From: Octopus sinensis
Lineage: Eukaryota
DNA: 64,000 nucleotides
Assembly: GCF_006345805.1 (NCBI RefSeq)
Contig: NC_042999.1
Coordinates: 51,894,001-51,958,000 of the forward strand
Direction of reading: 5' to 3'
Shown here: positions 24,637 to 39,116 of the stretch, piece after piece
Layout: every line of letters starts with the position of its first letter
How positions within the stretch are numbered: position 1 is the stretch's first letter
Position numbers and translations under genes: made by a program
The notes under the pieces: model-generated
Database searches by the model: none
Told to the model about the DNA's origin: nothing
The model's input: only the letters and a program-made list of their open reading frames with translations

Positions 24637-24751
24637 CGTGGTCTATTATTTAAGCTTATGTTCATTCCTCCGAACTGTTTCTACTTCCCGGATTTCCACC
24701 TATCGCAGCAAGGTTTGGAACGTAACATCCGCGATAGTCGAGGGATTACTG
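24637..24751. mobile_element. Partial pogo/Tigger-type MITE
   Basis: End ggaacgtaac.tccgcgatagtcgagggattactg|TA matches 46465-46671. Confidence 0.65.
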
Positions 24752-26176
24752 TACGCATTTTATAATGATTCAATGCGGTTTCAGATACTACTAGACTATC
24801 TATTGCTAAGAATATAATTCAATTCGTCTAAATGCTGATCGCTTAAAAACCACATTTGGTTGATACTTTTTGTTCCATAGTTTTCTTTTGTCTTCCCTCA
24901 GTTCCTGTTCACTTATTCACACTCCGTTCAATAATTGTTCAACACCAGCATGAGATAGCCTCGAAGCAGTCAATTGTCATAACGATTCACAGACCGTATA
25001 TAGTTTCAATATTGTCCACATCAGATGTTATCACTGCCAGTGACGTTTGTGTTAATCAATAACATTTGAAGAGTTTATCTGTTTTCACCAAGCTATATTT
25101 AGATCTTCAAGTGTGGATCAGCGAATATTTGACAAAAGTATTTCATTCTTATTGAAGAAGAATCGAAATAAATTTGCTTGTATTACTTATATTCATAATC
25201 GGGATGGTGGAAAACCAACCATATGTTACTTATTAATAACCATTTATCAACAACCAAATTTTAAATTGCACAGTTTTTTTTTCCCTCTAAGAACGTTTTA
25301 TGTCTGTTGTGACAGAGAGATAATAACCAGACTGAGAAAACTGGTTAAGTGTCTCAGTTTTAGGAAGAACGCTTATCTGCAGCTGATATTTGCTACATTT
25401 CACACAGCAGATTATTAACCTCCTTGTTTAAGTCTCTTTAACAGACTCACTCTACTCTCTATATTTTGATGATGTTTACAATAAACAATTTGTTTCCTCT
25501 CAAGTGTATCATAGTCTGACACGAAGCCCTTTCTAAACACTTCATCTTTTTTATATAGCCATTATTTCTCTTTCTCACATTCCCTATTCTTTTTTTCCTT
25601 ATTTTTTTTTTGTTTTTATGAAGCGCTAACGTCCAATACGCTTAAACTACCCATGTAGTGCTAAACTAATACCATATTTGCCAAAATCTGTTCTGCCTGT
25701 TTCATCGCATTTTCTCTGTACATCATAACAATGTATTTTCACACTTAATTTAAGTTTAATCAATAATTCTAGGTTCCATTATGAAACCAAATTTAAAAAT
25801 AATTCTGATGTTGGTTCTACTCATGAGATTGTTATGGCTTCAAGAATATTTTATCAACAGTTCTAACTAATTAATAATTCGTCTAACACATATTGATGAT
25901 GATATTAACTTTAAAAATCTGTTCTAAATATGGAATTGATGATTATTTCTGGTGGGTATAAATGGCTGACGTACTAATTGATGAAATTGAGGGAAGGGAA
26001 AATAGTGAACTTGTAAATTGTAGCGAGTAGAAGAGTGAACTGCCAATCGTTTAGAAGGCCTCACTTCCAGGCCGTCCAATATATTTGTACATGCGGCAGA
26101 CGAAACTGGAAACATGAACACTGTTATAATTTGCTCCGCATTTCTATCTTGTAGAGAGTTAGCATTAGCTATTTTA

Positions 26177-27443
26177 TGGGTTCGCAACTAAGTTCCCGCC
26201 GTTTTTTAGATTAAAATGTTTTAAAAGGTTTAGTAATTAATCAATAATGTATTCACCCTTGTTGTTTACAACTTCTTCCCAACGTTAAACAAGATTTTCA
26301 ATACTTCGTCGGTAGAAATCACCCGATTGATCCAACCAAGCTCTCAATTCTTCATCAATATTGAACGAAACTCCGCACATAGCGTTTGAAAGAGATCGAA
26401 AGAGGTGAAAATCCGTTGGCGCCAAATCAGGAGAGTACGGCGGATGTGGCGGCACTTCACAGCCATGCGTTTGAATGGCTTCCTAGGTCATATTGGCGAT
26501 ATGAGGGCGATTGTTGTCGTGCAGCAGAACTCCATGCTGCCGATTAGGTATTTTCTCTTGAATAGCCGTGTGAGTCGTTCCATCTTCTGAACATAGAGAT
26601 CCGCGTTGAACGTTTGGTTCTGTTCAAGCAATTCGTAATGGGTAATCCCTTCCCAGTCCCACCATACGCACAACATCGTTTTACGCGGATGAAGATCTTG
26701 TTTCACGCGCGGTGTCGCTTGTTTACCGGGGCTAAGTCATTCCTTACGCTTCTTCATATTGATGTACAGGCACCATTTTACGTCGCCAGTAACGATTCGG
26801 AAACGAAATCGTTGCTTGTGTCCATGAGTTGAGCGGTGACGAGCAAGCAAGCCAACGAAGATTGTGGCTCGTTGATTTTTGTTGTTGTCACTTAAAGCAT
26901 GTGGAACACATACTCCATACTTCTGAACCTTTCCCATCGATTGAAGATGCTTCTCTGTAGCTGTGTGGGAGCATTCCATTTTCTCAGTCAGTTCCTTTGT
27001 CGTTTGACGAGAATTTTCGTGCAAAAGTTGGTTTAATCGCTCTTCATCGAACTCAATGGACGACCAGAACTAGGTGCGTCTTTGAGGTCAAAATTTCCAT
27101 TTTTGAACTTGGCATACCAATCACAAGCGGTTCTTTCAGCTATGGAACCCTCTCCATACATAGCACAAATGTCGCGAGCAGCTTTTGCGGCCTTAGAACC
27201 TTGATTAAAAGCAAAAAAAGGAGGTATCGAAAATGCTTGTTTTTCTTAACATGACATTCTATTTTTATGATCTTAAAAAAAGAAAAGAAATAACCAAAAT
27301 TAACTAGAAAAAGCAACACACACACAAAAAAAAGATTCCAAAATGATTCAAAAATAGAATTCTCAAAAACAATAGATTCCAGAATTTAAAAACAATAAAT
27401 TCCAAAATTTAAAAAAACGGCGCGAACTTAGTTGCTGACCCAA
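26177..27443 (-). mobile_element. Mariner transposon with both TIRs; transposase decayed
   Basis: tgggttcgcaactaagttcccgccgtttt / aaaacggcgcgaacttagttgctgacccaa|TA; CVPHAL, IVTGDVKW, LHPRKTMLCVWWD. Confidence 0.88.
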
Positions 27444-28134
27444 TATTATCGCACTTTGTATTGTAATATCGAAATGTTACGTTTTGTGTTAAATAACTTT
27501 AGCAATATCGTTTCCTTGGTGTTGTTGTTGTTGTATTGTTTTTATCATCTTCAATAAATATTTACTAGAATTGTAAGAAGGCAACAAGAAGTATCAATTA
27601 TCGGACAACAAAAATATGTAATAAGAACATTGGAAACTTAATATAGGGAAGGGGCTGTAAATCATATACAAAATGTCTGTTTTCAGTCTTCTCGGAAACC
27701 AATAAATACGGTGGCTAAAATAACTGTTGTCAGGAAAGAAATAAGAAAAAAAAAATTGAAAAATAAAAAAATAAAAGAAACAAAGCAGAAGAAAGACGAA
27801 ACACTGAGCTGAAACTTTAACGCTAAAGCAATGACATGAGAATTGTGTACTTGAATAAAACTTAAAAGGAAAAATGAAATTGATGAAGGAAAATCACTAG
27901 ATTGGCCGAAAAACACAAGACTGGCTGAGACTAAAGAATTTTTTAGTACAGCACATGACATATTTCTACAAAATATATGTAATAAAGCTGGATACAGTAA
28001 TTGCAAAATATATAGAAGAATCAAGTAAAAATCATTGTGCTTGCATAGAATATATAAGAAAGCTTAACGGATTTTGGGGCCAGATTTTCTTACATATTGG
28101 TTTCAAATTTTAGCAATGGTCCAGAAAATTCGGG

Positions 28135-28270
28135 GAAAGGGGAAAGTCGATTGCATCGATCCCATGTTCGACTGGAACTTCTTTTTATCGACCCCGAAAA
28201 GATGAAAGGCAAAGTCGACATCGGCGGAATTTGAACTCAGAACATAAAGACGGACGAAATGCTGCTAGCG
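28135..28270 (-). mobile_element. SINE family A, internal fragment
   Basis: atcgaccccgaaaagatgaaaggcaaagtcgac...gaatttgaactcagaac. Confidence 0.75.
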
Positions 28271-28680
28271 ATTCTAAAAACCCGCCGTCTGGGGCTTTCT
28301 TACAATTCCAACCACGTTTCTTGTTTCGCTACATCAATAGCTCCTTTATAAGATCCAGTGGCTAATGACATCATTAAAAGAAACCCCGTCCGGTTTCGGC
28401 CCCTACCCGTCTACTGTTTTAAACGTCGCGTCCTCCCCCCACCCCCTCGCTTTCGGAGGTATCTTCAGCTCTGGAGTTGATTGCGTTTTTCTCTTTTTCC
28501 CTTGGCCTTCTGTTCTTTGCTTTCTTCGAACTAAATTCAGCGAGCGTATGACTGCCCTGTCAAATTTCTCTTTAACTACTCTCTGATAGGATCCAGCAGC
28601 CAGCGCCAACTAACTATCACATGACACAATCTAAGCTTCAACTGACCAATGGAGGGGTCCGCGCCATCTCTTGATCTACC

Positions 28681-28910
28681 TATTTCTTTACTATCCACAA
28701 AGAGCCAAACACAGAAGACAAACAAGGACAGACAAACGGATGAAGTCGATTACATCGACCCTAGTGCGTAACTGGTACTTATTTAATCGACCCCGAGAGG
28801 ATGAAAGGCAAAGTCGACCTCGGCGGAATTTGAACTGAGAACGTAACGGCAGACGAAATACGGCTGCGCATTTCACCCGGCGTGCTAACGTTTCTGCCAG
28901 CTCGCTGCCT
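28681..28910 (-). mobile_element. SINE family A, full length, with target-site duplication
   Basis: Flanked by ttgatctacc(t) at 28671-28681 and 28911-28921; tail RC ends gtggatagtaaagaaata. Confidence 0.9.
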
Positions 28911-29971
28911 TTGATCTACCTTCCAACAGCTTCGTGTTAGTTTCAGCTCCAGCAGCCAGAGCCGACTTAGCTGTCTGGTGGTACAAGCCTTGGAACTATC
29001 GGGGCGGAGAGGGCGCAATGAACGAGATGGTTCCCTTGGTCCAAAGATACATTAGAAAAGGCTTTGGTAAATAACAGAGCATTCCGAAGATATGCTACAA
29101 AGACTAAGTTGGAGGGGTGTATCCTTTTGCGACATAACACTACCTGTTTTTTTTTCTTTGAACGCATCCGTGCAATGTGGCGGAAAAAGAAAAAAAAATG
29201 TGCGATAGAGGGTGTGTATCAGCGTTTGAAAATTAATTTCGAAGCCACTGACATTTACACCCAGCATCATATATGTGTGTATTTGTGCGTGCATGCATGT
29301 GTGCGCGTTTGTGTGTGTGTGTTGTGTATGTGCGTGTGTGTACGTGTGTATATGTGTGCGTGCATGAGAGAGAAAGAGGGAGACAGAGAGAGAAAGAGAG
29401 AGATTGAGAGAGAGAGAGAGAGTGGGGAGAGCGTTGTACTTTTGTAAAGGCCACATACATGACCATAGACACGATAAAATGTAACGTTTCTATACTGATA
29501 GTCACGTGATCATAAGATGAGCGGAGAAATGGCGACGAAGCAAATGAAAAGCTTTCTGTGTTGAAAGTGTTTTGTAAAGAAGTTACTTTGCCTTACAGAG
29601 AATTTTGGAATGTTAGCGAAGGGAAGGATTCCTCGAGAATACAGAATAATTCTATGGTTGCTTTATGAAGATTAATCCTGCAGATATTGTAATATTTCAT
29701 ATTCTCGGTTCATTGTTACGAGGTATACATGGAAACACACGCCGGTGTGCACACAAACACATAGACACACACACACACACACGCACACACCGATTCACAC
29801 GTACACACACACACAGATTCAAACACACACACACATGCACAAGCACATGCACAAGCACACTCTTATACACATGCAGTTTCAGATACACAGATATCACAAA
29901 TACACACACACTACTACAAAGTCATTAGCATACACATGCAAAGACATGCGCACACACAAACACACATACAG

Positions 29972-30015
<44 letters not shown>

Positions 30016-30028
30016 CCACACACACACA

Positions 30029-30078
<50 letters not shown>

Positions 30079-30342
30079 TATTGTTGCGATTTCAAAGAAT
30101 TTCATCTACAGCAGACAAGTGACATGTGCCTCCCCACCAGAAATGCAACCTAAATTCTTTATTTTTCTCTCAATTCCTGCAGTTTTCTCTCTACTTCTTC
30201 AGTGAATTACTTAGCATCACTTCCTTATTACCTCCAGCAGATTCGGCTCTTAGACACTTGGATCCCGAATTTTTTTGATGATTGAGAATTGAAGTACCAC
30301 GCACACATACATACATACATACATATATATATATCTTAATAA

Positions 30343-30394
<52 letters not shown>

Positions 30395-30451
30395 TATATA
30401 ATATATATATATATATATTTAATATATATATATATTTTCATTTTTTAATTT

Positions 30452-30489
<38 letters not shown>

Positions 30490-30509
30490 AAATTAAAAAA
30501 ATGAAAATA

Positions 30510-30605
<96 letters not shown>

Positions 30606-30714
30606 TTCATATATATATAAGTACGTGTATATATATAGATCATTACACATATATTTATATTTACATATGTATCTAGATGTTTAAATAGATTTATGTATAT
30701 ATATAGGACTATAC

Positions 30715-30753
<39 letters not shown>

Positions 30754-31590
30754 TATCCGTATGCGTGTTTCCGTATGAGTGAGAATGTGTGTGTGTGTAT
30801 GTGTGTGTGTATCTGTGTGTGTGTGATAAAAGCTATTCCATTGATCAAATCCGCGTGTCATTAAAATCTCCGCATGAAAGCTCCATCAACAACTTGTTTA
30901 AGATTATAGCTGTTCTTATTTGCCATTTTTCTTGATCTCCCAAAGATTTCAGTTTACCATTTTATACATCTAGCAGCAGCAATCCAGTTAATCAATACGA
31001 TTCTATTAATTTACTTTCCACAAAAGAATATGTTTCAAATATATTTTGAATTATATGAACGAAAAATGTTTTAAAATTGAAATTGAATGTCATTATGTGA
31101 AAAGATTCATGTCTTCGCTAATTAGCTATTGTATACACTTCAGGGCTTTACATACATACATGCATACATACATACATACATACATACATACAAACAAAGA
31201 TATATTTATATATATATATATATACACATATATATACATACAGATCCACACACACACACACACACATATATATATGTACAAATATATATATCTAGATGCA
31301 TACACGTGTATACATACATATATTTACATATATACAATATAAGCACATGTATACACACAGACAGACACGCACACATACATACTGTTATCTCTAAATTACA
31401 ATAGAGTAGATTCAATTTAGAGTTCAGGAATGTTCTTTCTCTATTGTGGAAGAAGTTGAAAAATAAAACTAGAAAAAAACATACACGTATATACAAATGC
31501 GTACGCAGGTATAATGATATATGAATGCACATACGCACATACATACACGCAGACACGCACGCACACACACACACATGCATATATATATCA

Positions 31591-31800
31591 TTGTGTATGA
31601 AGGGTACCATTGGTTTCATGTTAGTATCTTAATAATTTTTCAAGCAGATCAAATGGAGGAATGGTGATCATTTCTATTTTGGATAAATACACCTCCAAAA
31701 TCGATATGAACACCATTCCTCCATGTGTTCGGCTTCAAAAATATTTTAGATTCTAAGGTATTATTCTTAACATAAAACCAATGGTAGCCTTAATACACAA
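31591..31800. mobile_element. ~210-bp fold-back MITE
   Basis: Terminal IR ttgtgtat.aagg.taccattggttt.atgtta; inner IR atggaggaatggtg.tcat; innermost ttttgga/tccaaaa. Confidence 0.7.
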
Positions 31801-31840
31801 GTAAAGAAATTCTATTCACTCATTTTCTTCATTCGAGATT

Positions 31841-31945
<105 letters not shown>

Positions 31946-32639
31946 CATACATATATATATATATACATATATATATATGTAAACAAAATACAAACTCGGA
32001 CAAGAACGCAAAACATTTAGAAGACGATACAAAAACACGGACGGGACACTCGAAGCCTTCAATCTTCAGTCAAGAACCGGATCGTCCTCGCAATTTCGGC
32101 TGATTAATCTTGAGATTGCTCCGATCTGGCCAGCCACAAAGGAAAATCTAAGCCAAGCGCATTAGATTCCTTGGAAGAAAACCTCGAATGTATACAAAAC
32201 AAGGACGGAAAAACGGACGATGTTACACGAATAAGAATCCAAAAATACGTAAAAGCAATAATGATAATAATAATAACAAAAACAGGATGTCACAGACAGG
32301 CGTCTTTCGACAGGACGAGTAAACTTTGAGCTGGCGTGTTAGAAAAATGCCTTAGGGCAGAGAGAAAAAAATGTGTCTTGCCGCGATGACTGCTAAGCAC
32401 GAAAGGCCAGCAATCGGTCAGTCAGTCACGTGTGAGGAGAAGAAAGAGGAAAAGAGGGACAGATGAATTAAGGAGGAGGAGAAGAGAGAGAGAGAGAGCG
32501 AGAAAGAGACAGATCAAAGTGGAGTGCAAAGTGTGAAAGGCAGAGAAATATAGGCTAGGGGGGAGAGGCAGTGTTATAGAGTCGTACCAAGTTTAAAGAA
32601 ATATGTACTTACATATAAGCCAAGAGGGTACGTGCGTCG

Positions 32640-32705
<66 letters not shown>

Positions 32706-33550
32706 AATATGTTAATAAAATAGAATATATGCATATATATAAACATATATGTACGTACCTACCTCTACATGTACATATACACGCATATATGTGTACAGGA
32801 CACCAAAAAGACGTCGAACACATAGAGAGACGAAACACATAGACACAAACCAAGGAACAAGACAAGCAAAAAAAAGGGAGAGATACAGGACAATAAGCAC
32901 AACGAAAAATCCCCTTCTTCAGTCGCTAAGATTTCATCTACTAAACGTTTCGAAGGATAAAAGCGAGACGTATACTTCGAAGAAAAATTCCTTCCCGCGA
33001 AAAGCAAATCAATTAAAATTCTGAGATCTTTTCGCAGAGGGGTAAAAAAAAGCAAGACGGTAACGACAGTACAAACATATAAACAGTAAAAAATATATAT
33101 ATAAACAGTGGAAAATAAATATATAACAGTGAGAGACAAGACAAGGAGAACAAGATAAGAAGGGCTGTTAACGCCAGACGAAAAAAGTATTGTAAACGCT
33201 GGATTATCGTGGAAGACAGAGAGGGAAAATTTGTCAACCAGAAGCCTTGCAAGGCGGGCGAGAAAGGACAGGATAGCAGTTACGACGGAAGTATCGTCGC
33301 AGATGGATGACGGGAATGGGGGAGGAGGAGCAAGAGGAAGAGAGAGAAGAAGGGGAATGGTGCGAGGAGACCATGAAGAATGGTGAAAGGGAGAGAGAGA
33401 ATGAAGAATGAGAGAGAGAGGAAGAGACAAGTTAAGTGAGGGAAAAAAAGACGAAAAAGGGAATGGGAGAGAAAGAAAGAAAGATGCAGAGTCGCGTGAG
33501 AGTTAATATCAAGGCTAACTTGATAAACAGAACAATCTTACTTGAACCGG

Positions 33551-33888
33551 GTCGGGGAGTGTCATTCTCTTTTAGTGCCTTATAATTTAACACACTCACC
33601 AGTAAAATTTCCACTTATTTCTTATTTTTATTTTCTAAAATTTTCGTTGCATGTTGCAACCTTTTCAATAGTCTTGACTCTGTCCGTTATTTACACTGCG
33701 TTCCCTTTTGTTTGTTTGTTGTTTGTTTGTTTGTCAAGACTATTGTAAATAACGGACAGAGTCAAGACTATTGAAAAGGTTGCAACATGCAACGAAAATT
33801 TAGAAAATAAAAATAAGAAATAAGTGGAAATTTTACCAGTGAGTGTGTTAAATAATAAGGCACTGAAAGAGAATGACTCTCCCCAGAC
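33551..33888. repeat. Long palindrome: 145-bp arms (33551-33695, 33744-33888), 48-bp spacer
   Basis: Arms are reverse complements with about seven differences, mostly in the outer 55 bp. Confidence 0.95.
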
Positions 33889-33958
33889 TCAACAGAATAT
33901 GCTTCAACACACGAACTCATATAAGAATCTTGCAAACCAAATCCCAAAACGAAATATA

Positions 33959-34022
<64 letters not shown>

Positions 34023-34029
34023 TTTAGCA

Positions 34030-34195
34030 ATAAACCTGCAAAGACATCACGAAGCTATTACTTTGAGTTTCACATTCCCGTTCGTCGAACAGTTTTGATG
34101 TCTTTGTAGCTTTATTAAGAAAGTATACTACTTTATTCCTGGTATTCGAGAACTATTTTTCCCACCTCGTTTGACATTTATTTACTTACTCTGAT
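34030..34195 (+). repeat. Dispersed repeat (partner inverted at 38232-38430) with local 15-bp inverted repeat
   Basis: gatgtctttgtagctttatt...ctggtattcgag.actattttt matches RC of 38232-38330; ctgcaaagacatca / tgatgtctttgtag inverted at 34036-34109. Confidence 0.65.
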
Positions 34196-34206
34196 CTATC
34201 TATCTG

Positions 34207-34260
<54 letters not shown>

Positions 34261-34272
34261 CATCTATCCATC

Positions 34273-34345
<73 letters not shown>

Positions 34346-34354
34346 ATCTATCTA

Positions 34355-34401
<47 letters not shown>

Positions 34402-34408
34402 ATCTATC

Positions 34409-34446
<38 letters not shown>

Positions 34447-34479
34447 CATATATCTATCTATATATATATCTATCTATCT

Positions 34480-34690
34480 ATCACGTGATCAACTATACTA
34501 TTAGATGTTGTTATACATTGCTGGTCACAATACGCTTTATCGTCGTTTTAGCTTTCGAATGATGCCACCACAATGGCCATCATTACATTACCCCTGATCG
34601 GAAGGATAATTTGCCCCAGGGTTACTCATTTCTAGCTAAGTGGATTGGATCAACGTGAAATGAAGTGTTTTGCTCAAAAACACATGGCAG
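34480..34690 (-). mobile_element. SINE-like 3' tail fragment (partner 38022-38133, +)
   Basis: tatcacgtgat...agatgttgttatacattgctggtcacaat...ttttagctttcgaatgatgccacc is the RC of 38045-38133. Confidence 0.55.
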
Positions 34691-35024
34691 ATGTATAGTT
34701 GTCCCCCACATGCCTGAGGTTTCCTCTCACAATTTTCATTCTCGCCACTCACGCCTCTAACGCGCTCTCTCGAGTTCCCGTCATTTCAGCATGCGGTGAC
34801 ACTCTAATACAGTGAAGTTTTTTTCTTTTCTCTTAACCCCAATTTTATCTCTTAGTCTATTGTTTTTGTAGAAGAGTGGTATTATAATTTTTGCCCCCCC
34901 CCACACATACACACACACATATATATACACACATACATTTTCATAGGTGTGCACAGACATATAGACAGAATAGTTGGTGGAGGTTTTTCAAGGTTTCAAG
35001 AAGTTATTGTGAATGAGTCCAAAA

Positions 35025-35775
35025 GTACTCCACCAAACAGTCACCATAACCTTCTTTTTGAAGATCTCGGGTTTAGGGAAAATGTTCGTTGCTTCATTTT
35101 GTTTTAACCACTGTTAAGAACGTTTTCCTTATTGTACAGAATCCAGATTTCGTCGCAAGTTACAATACAGTCGAGACATGGATCGGTCTGGTTACGGAGA
35201 AGAAGCGACGAACAAATTTCATATCTACAGATATTCTGATTTTCATTCAAATCGTGTGGTACCCATTTGTCGAGCATTTTTGATTTTTCGATCGCATGCA
35301 CATAGTTGCAGGCAGTTTTCTGGCTAACTTGAAGTTCTTTTGCCAGTTCTCGAGTGGTTTTATGTGGATCTTCCTCAATGATGCTATTTAACTGACTGTC
35401 ATCGATGACAGATGGGCGTCCACTACACTCACGATCCACTGCGAAATCATTTAAATCATTTTCGGGCTGATCACTCACTGATCATTTCCTCACCAAATGT
35501 TCCGTTGATATCGCAAGCAGTTTCAGTTGCTTTACGTCCTTTTTGGAAGTTGAATAGTAAAATTGCTCGAATATCGCTCTTTGAGCGTTCCATTTTTGAT
35601 GATTGTAACAACAGTGAAAAAATATCAATGTAAATTTATTCATACATTTGGGAAATTCTATGTCTGTATTATCAGACAATTGCAAAAAACATGTTTAAAA
35701 ATGTTCAAAACTCTGCAAAAATACGGTACAAATTCTTCATGGTTCAAAACGTTGCTTACTTTTCACTCAACCTGA
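35025..35775 (-). mobile_element. Mariner 5' half
   Basis: TA|tcaggttgagtgaaaagtaagcaacg TIR; SGRPS, WVPHDL, IVTCDEIW, KKVMVTVWW. Confidence 0.85.
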
Positions 35776-37083
35776 TAGCATTTTTAGAACGTTCATATGT
35801 ATACACATACATAAATACATACACACACACACATATCTACATACATACATAATTACATGTATACATACACATATGTGTATGTGTATGTGTAAGTATACAT
35901 ATAAATATATATGTATGTGTATACGTGTGTGTGTGTGAGATACATGTATGAAACACGTTCTGTACATGTGTATCTAATCTGAAAACAGAACGGACCATCT
36001 CATCTAAATAGTGAATATGCTTTTTCTATTAACTTACACAATATTCTCTTATGTTCCCGTATCTTCCAAAAGGAAGAACATGAATATTCCATTATCTCGG
36101 AAAACATCTGGAATAATATTATTACTGCTGAGTGGTTTATTAACATTGTGGTTCGTGATGCGGCTGAGAGATCGTAGATTACATGTCGATATAGCTGCGA
36201 GGAATCTATAGACGTGTGTGAAACCCAGGTAAAATCTGTAGCATTGCCATCAACAATATGTAAGAAAATACTTTCACATAGAAATCCCTCGGAGTCTTCC
36301 AGTTGGATCCAGGGAACATAACTTTGCATTAAACGGACACACTTACCATTAAACAGAGATAATTTTCATTAAACGGAGAATGGTTCAGATGACAAATAAA
36401 TGTGAACAGGCGAAAATTTTCGTTTGGTGATCTTATCGATTCTTTGTAATGAATAAATGTAATTGTGGATTGGTTTATTTGTTTTGTGTTGAACGAAAGG
36501 GTATTTGTGACAATTTCATTTGGGTGTATAGGTTTATGTCTCGATAAATGTGTATGAATTGCTAAATGCTTAAACACACACACACACACACAACCACACA
36601 CACTCACAAATACACACACACACACACACATACACACATACATATATTTATGCTCGTACGCTCATATATAGATGCATAAAAGTATTTGTATATTTTACAT
36701 ACAGAAGTACATTGCTATCGATATTTATATACTTACAAATCTAAATACATAACAAAGTGATTCTGTCCTAATCTTGAAAAGGTGGAAAACTTCACGGATC
36801 AAGAAAAAGCAGGGCGAATTAGAAAAGCATAGCAGTTAAACATTAAATGCACAGTGACAATATGCAACACATTGCAGATATCAGGACTAAAGATTAGAAG
36901 ATGATAGTTTCAAGTATTTGAGCGGGCGGTACGTTGTGTCTTTTCGAATGGGGCTTCTTTTCCCGTCATTCTAGTATACTCAACTGAAACGGAATTTCAG
37001 CCTTGTGCTGGGACAGATGTCCGCCGCGGGAAAGGTAGGGAAGTGGAGAGAATGGCTATGTCTACTCCTCACTACATAGGCAC

Positions 37084-37190
<107 letters not shown>

Positions 37191-37435
37191 CGCCCGTCTG
37201 TCTGTCTGTCTTTCTGTCTGTCTGTCTGCCTGCATGTCTGTCTGCCTGTCTGTCTGCCTGTCTGTCTGCCTTCTGTCTGCCTGCCTGCCTGTCTGTCTGT
37301 CTGTCTGTCTACATGCGGATATATGCTTACATACAATATGATATGATATGATATGATATATGATATGGTATGATATGGTATATGATATATGATATATATA
37401 TATACATATAAATATACATGTATATATATATATAT

Positions 37436-37846
37436 ACTCTTTACTCTTTTACTTGTTTCAGTCATTTGACTGCGGCCATGCTGGAGCACCGCTTTTAGTC
37501 GTGCAACTCGACCCCGGGAATTATTCTTTGTAAGCCCAGTACTTATTCTATCGGTCTCTTTTTGCCGAACCGCTAAGTAACGGGGACATAAACACACCAG
37601 CATCGGTTGTCAAGCAATGCTAGGAGGACAGACACAGACACACAAACATACACGCACACATACATACATATATACATATATACGACGGGCTTCTTTCAGT
37701 TTCCGTCTACCAAATCCACTCACAAGGCTTTGGTCGGCCCGAGGCTATAGTAGAAGACACTTGCCCAAGGTGCCACGCAGTGTGACTGAACCCGGAACCA
37801 TGTGGTTGGTAGGCAAGCTACTTACCACACAACCACTCCTGCGCCT
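37436..37846 (-). mobile_element. SINE family B, full length
   Basis: Collinear with 21624-22015. Confidence 0.88.
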
Positions 37847-37975
37847 ATATATATATATGTGAATTAGAAAAAACCCCACCTTTTGTCAATTCAAAATGAA
37901 CAATTAAATTACACCATCTAAATTGAATTTTTTTTCTTTGTAAGTTTTGGATTTTATTCCCTCAAATAAGAATAG

Positions 37976-38021
<46 letters not shown>

Positions 38022-38161
38022 ATGCCTGCTCGCTTAGCCAGCGGGGTGGCGTCATTCAAAGGCTAAAACAATGCGTACGCATTGTGACCAGCGATGTGTA
38101 ACAACATCTGATGGTCTGGTCAGTCACGTGATATACATATAAATATAAACATATATATGTA

Positions 38162-38229
<68 letters not shown>

Positions 38230-38864
38230 TATACCAGAGTAAGCACATAAATGTGAAACAAAGAGAGAAAAATAGTACTCGAATACCAGAAGTAGAGAAA
38301 TATGCCTTATTATTAAAGCTGCAAAGACATCACATAGATGTCACAAAAACCTGTTACTCATAGATTCACCTTCCCGTTCATCGGGCAGTTGTGATACAGT
38401 TGAGGATAATCGCTCATCGAAAAATGCTATGATTTACTACTACAACCAAGCCTAATTCAGTCTAATAAGCGGAGGAAAATTCCTCTTCGAAATATGTCAT
38501 ATTTATATACCCTGAAGAGATCGTACTAATAATGCATAAGTCGCTGCGTATAAATGTGCAACAATATGCAGTTAATGTGATCGAAATACGTGTCGGATAA
38601 TTATTATGAATAAACTAACTGGAAATGAACATAAAGTGTGAATGTTCAAATTCTTCATTCTCCTTATTATCAATATTGTACTTTACACTCTAAATAACCA
38701 AGAAGTAAACTGTAACTTCGGTTGGGAGTTAAAGAAGGTTCACCAAAAGACGCACCATCTGAAGGAACCGGTTTTGGCATTTTACTGAGAGACATTCGGT
38801 AACTGACTGGATATCATAACCCTCCTCTTACCACACACACATGTGCACACACATATATACATAC

Positions 38865-38979
<115 letters not shown>

Positions 38980-39116
38980 TCAATAAATGGTGGGGTTGTG
39001 TTGACTGCACGTGGAGAAATGATAAGTAAGGAAAAATTTTTTTAAAAATGCAGAATGCTCAAATGAAAGAAAATTTTAATAAAATGAGAAAATGATAAAA
39101 TATATAAATATATATT

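Noticed and set aside
29501-29534. E-box (gtcacgtgat) plus YY1-like aaatggcg as a promoter
   Set aside because: The E-box context resembles the SINE tail at 38110-38133, and the following ATG opens only 11 codons.
32040-32125. Hammerhead-like CUGAAGA/GAAA on the minus strand
   Set aside because: Stem I cannot close next to the core and stem II needs a 5-nt insertion.
36011-36211. LHVDIAARNL resembling the tyrosine-kinase HRDLAARN loop
   Set aside because: It is followed immediately by a stop, has no flanking kinase subdomains and no convincing splice sites.
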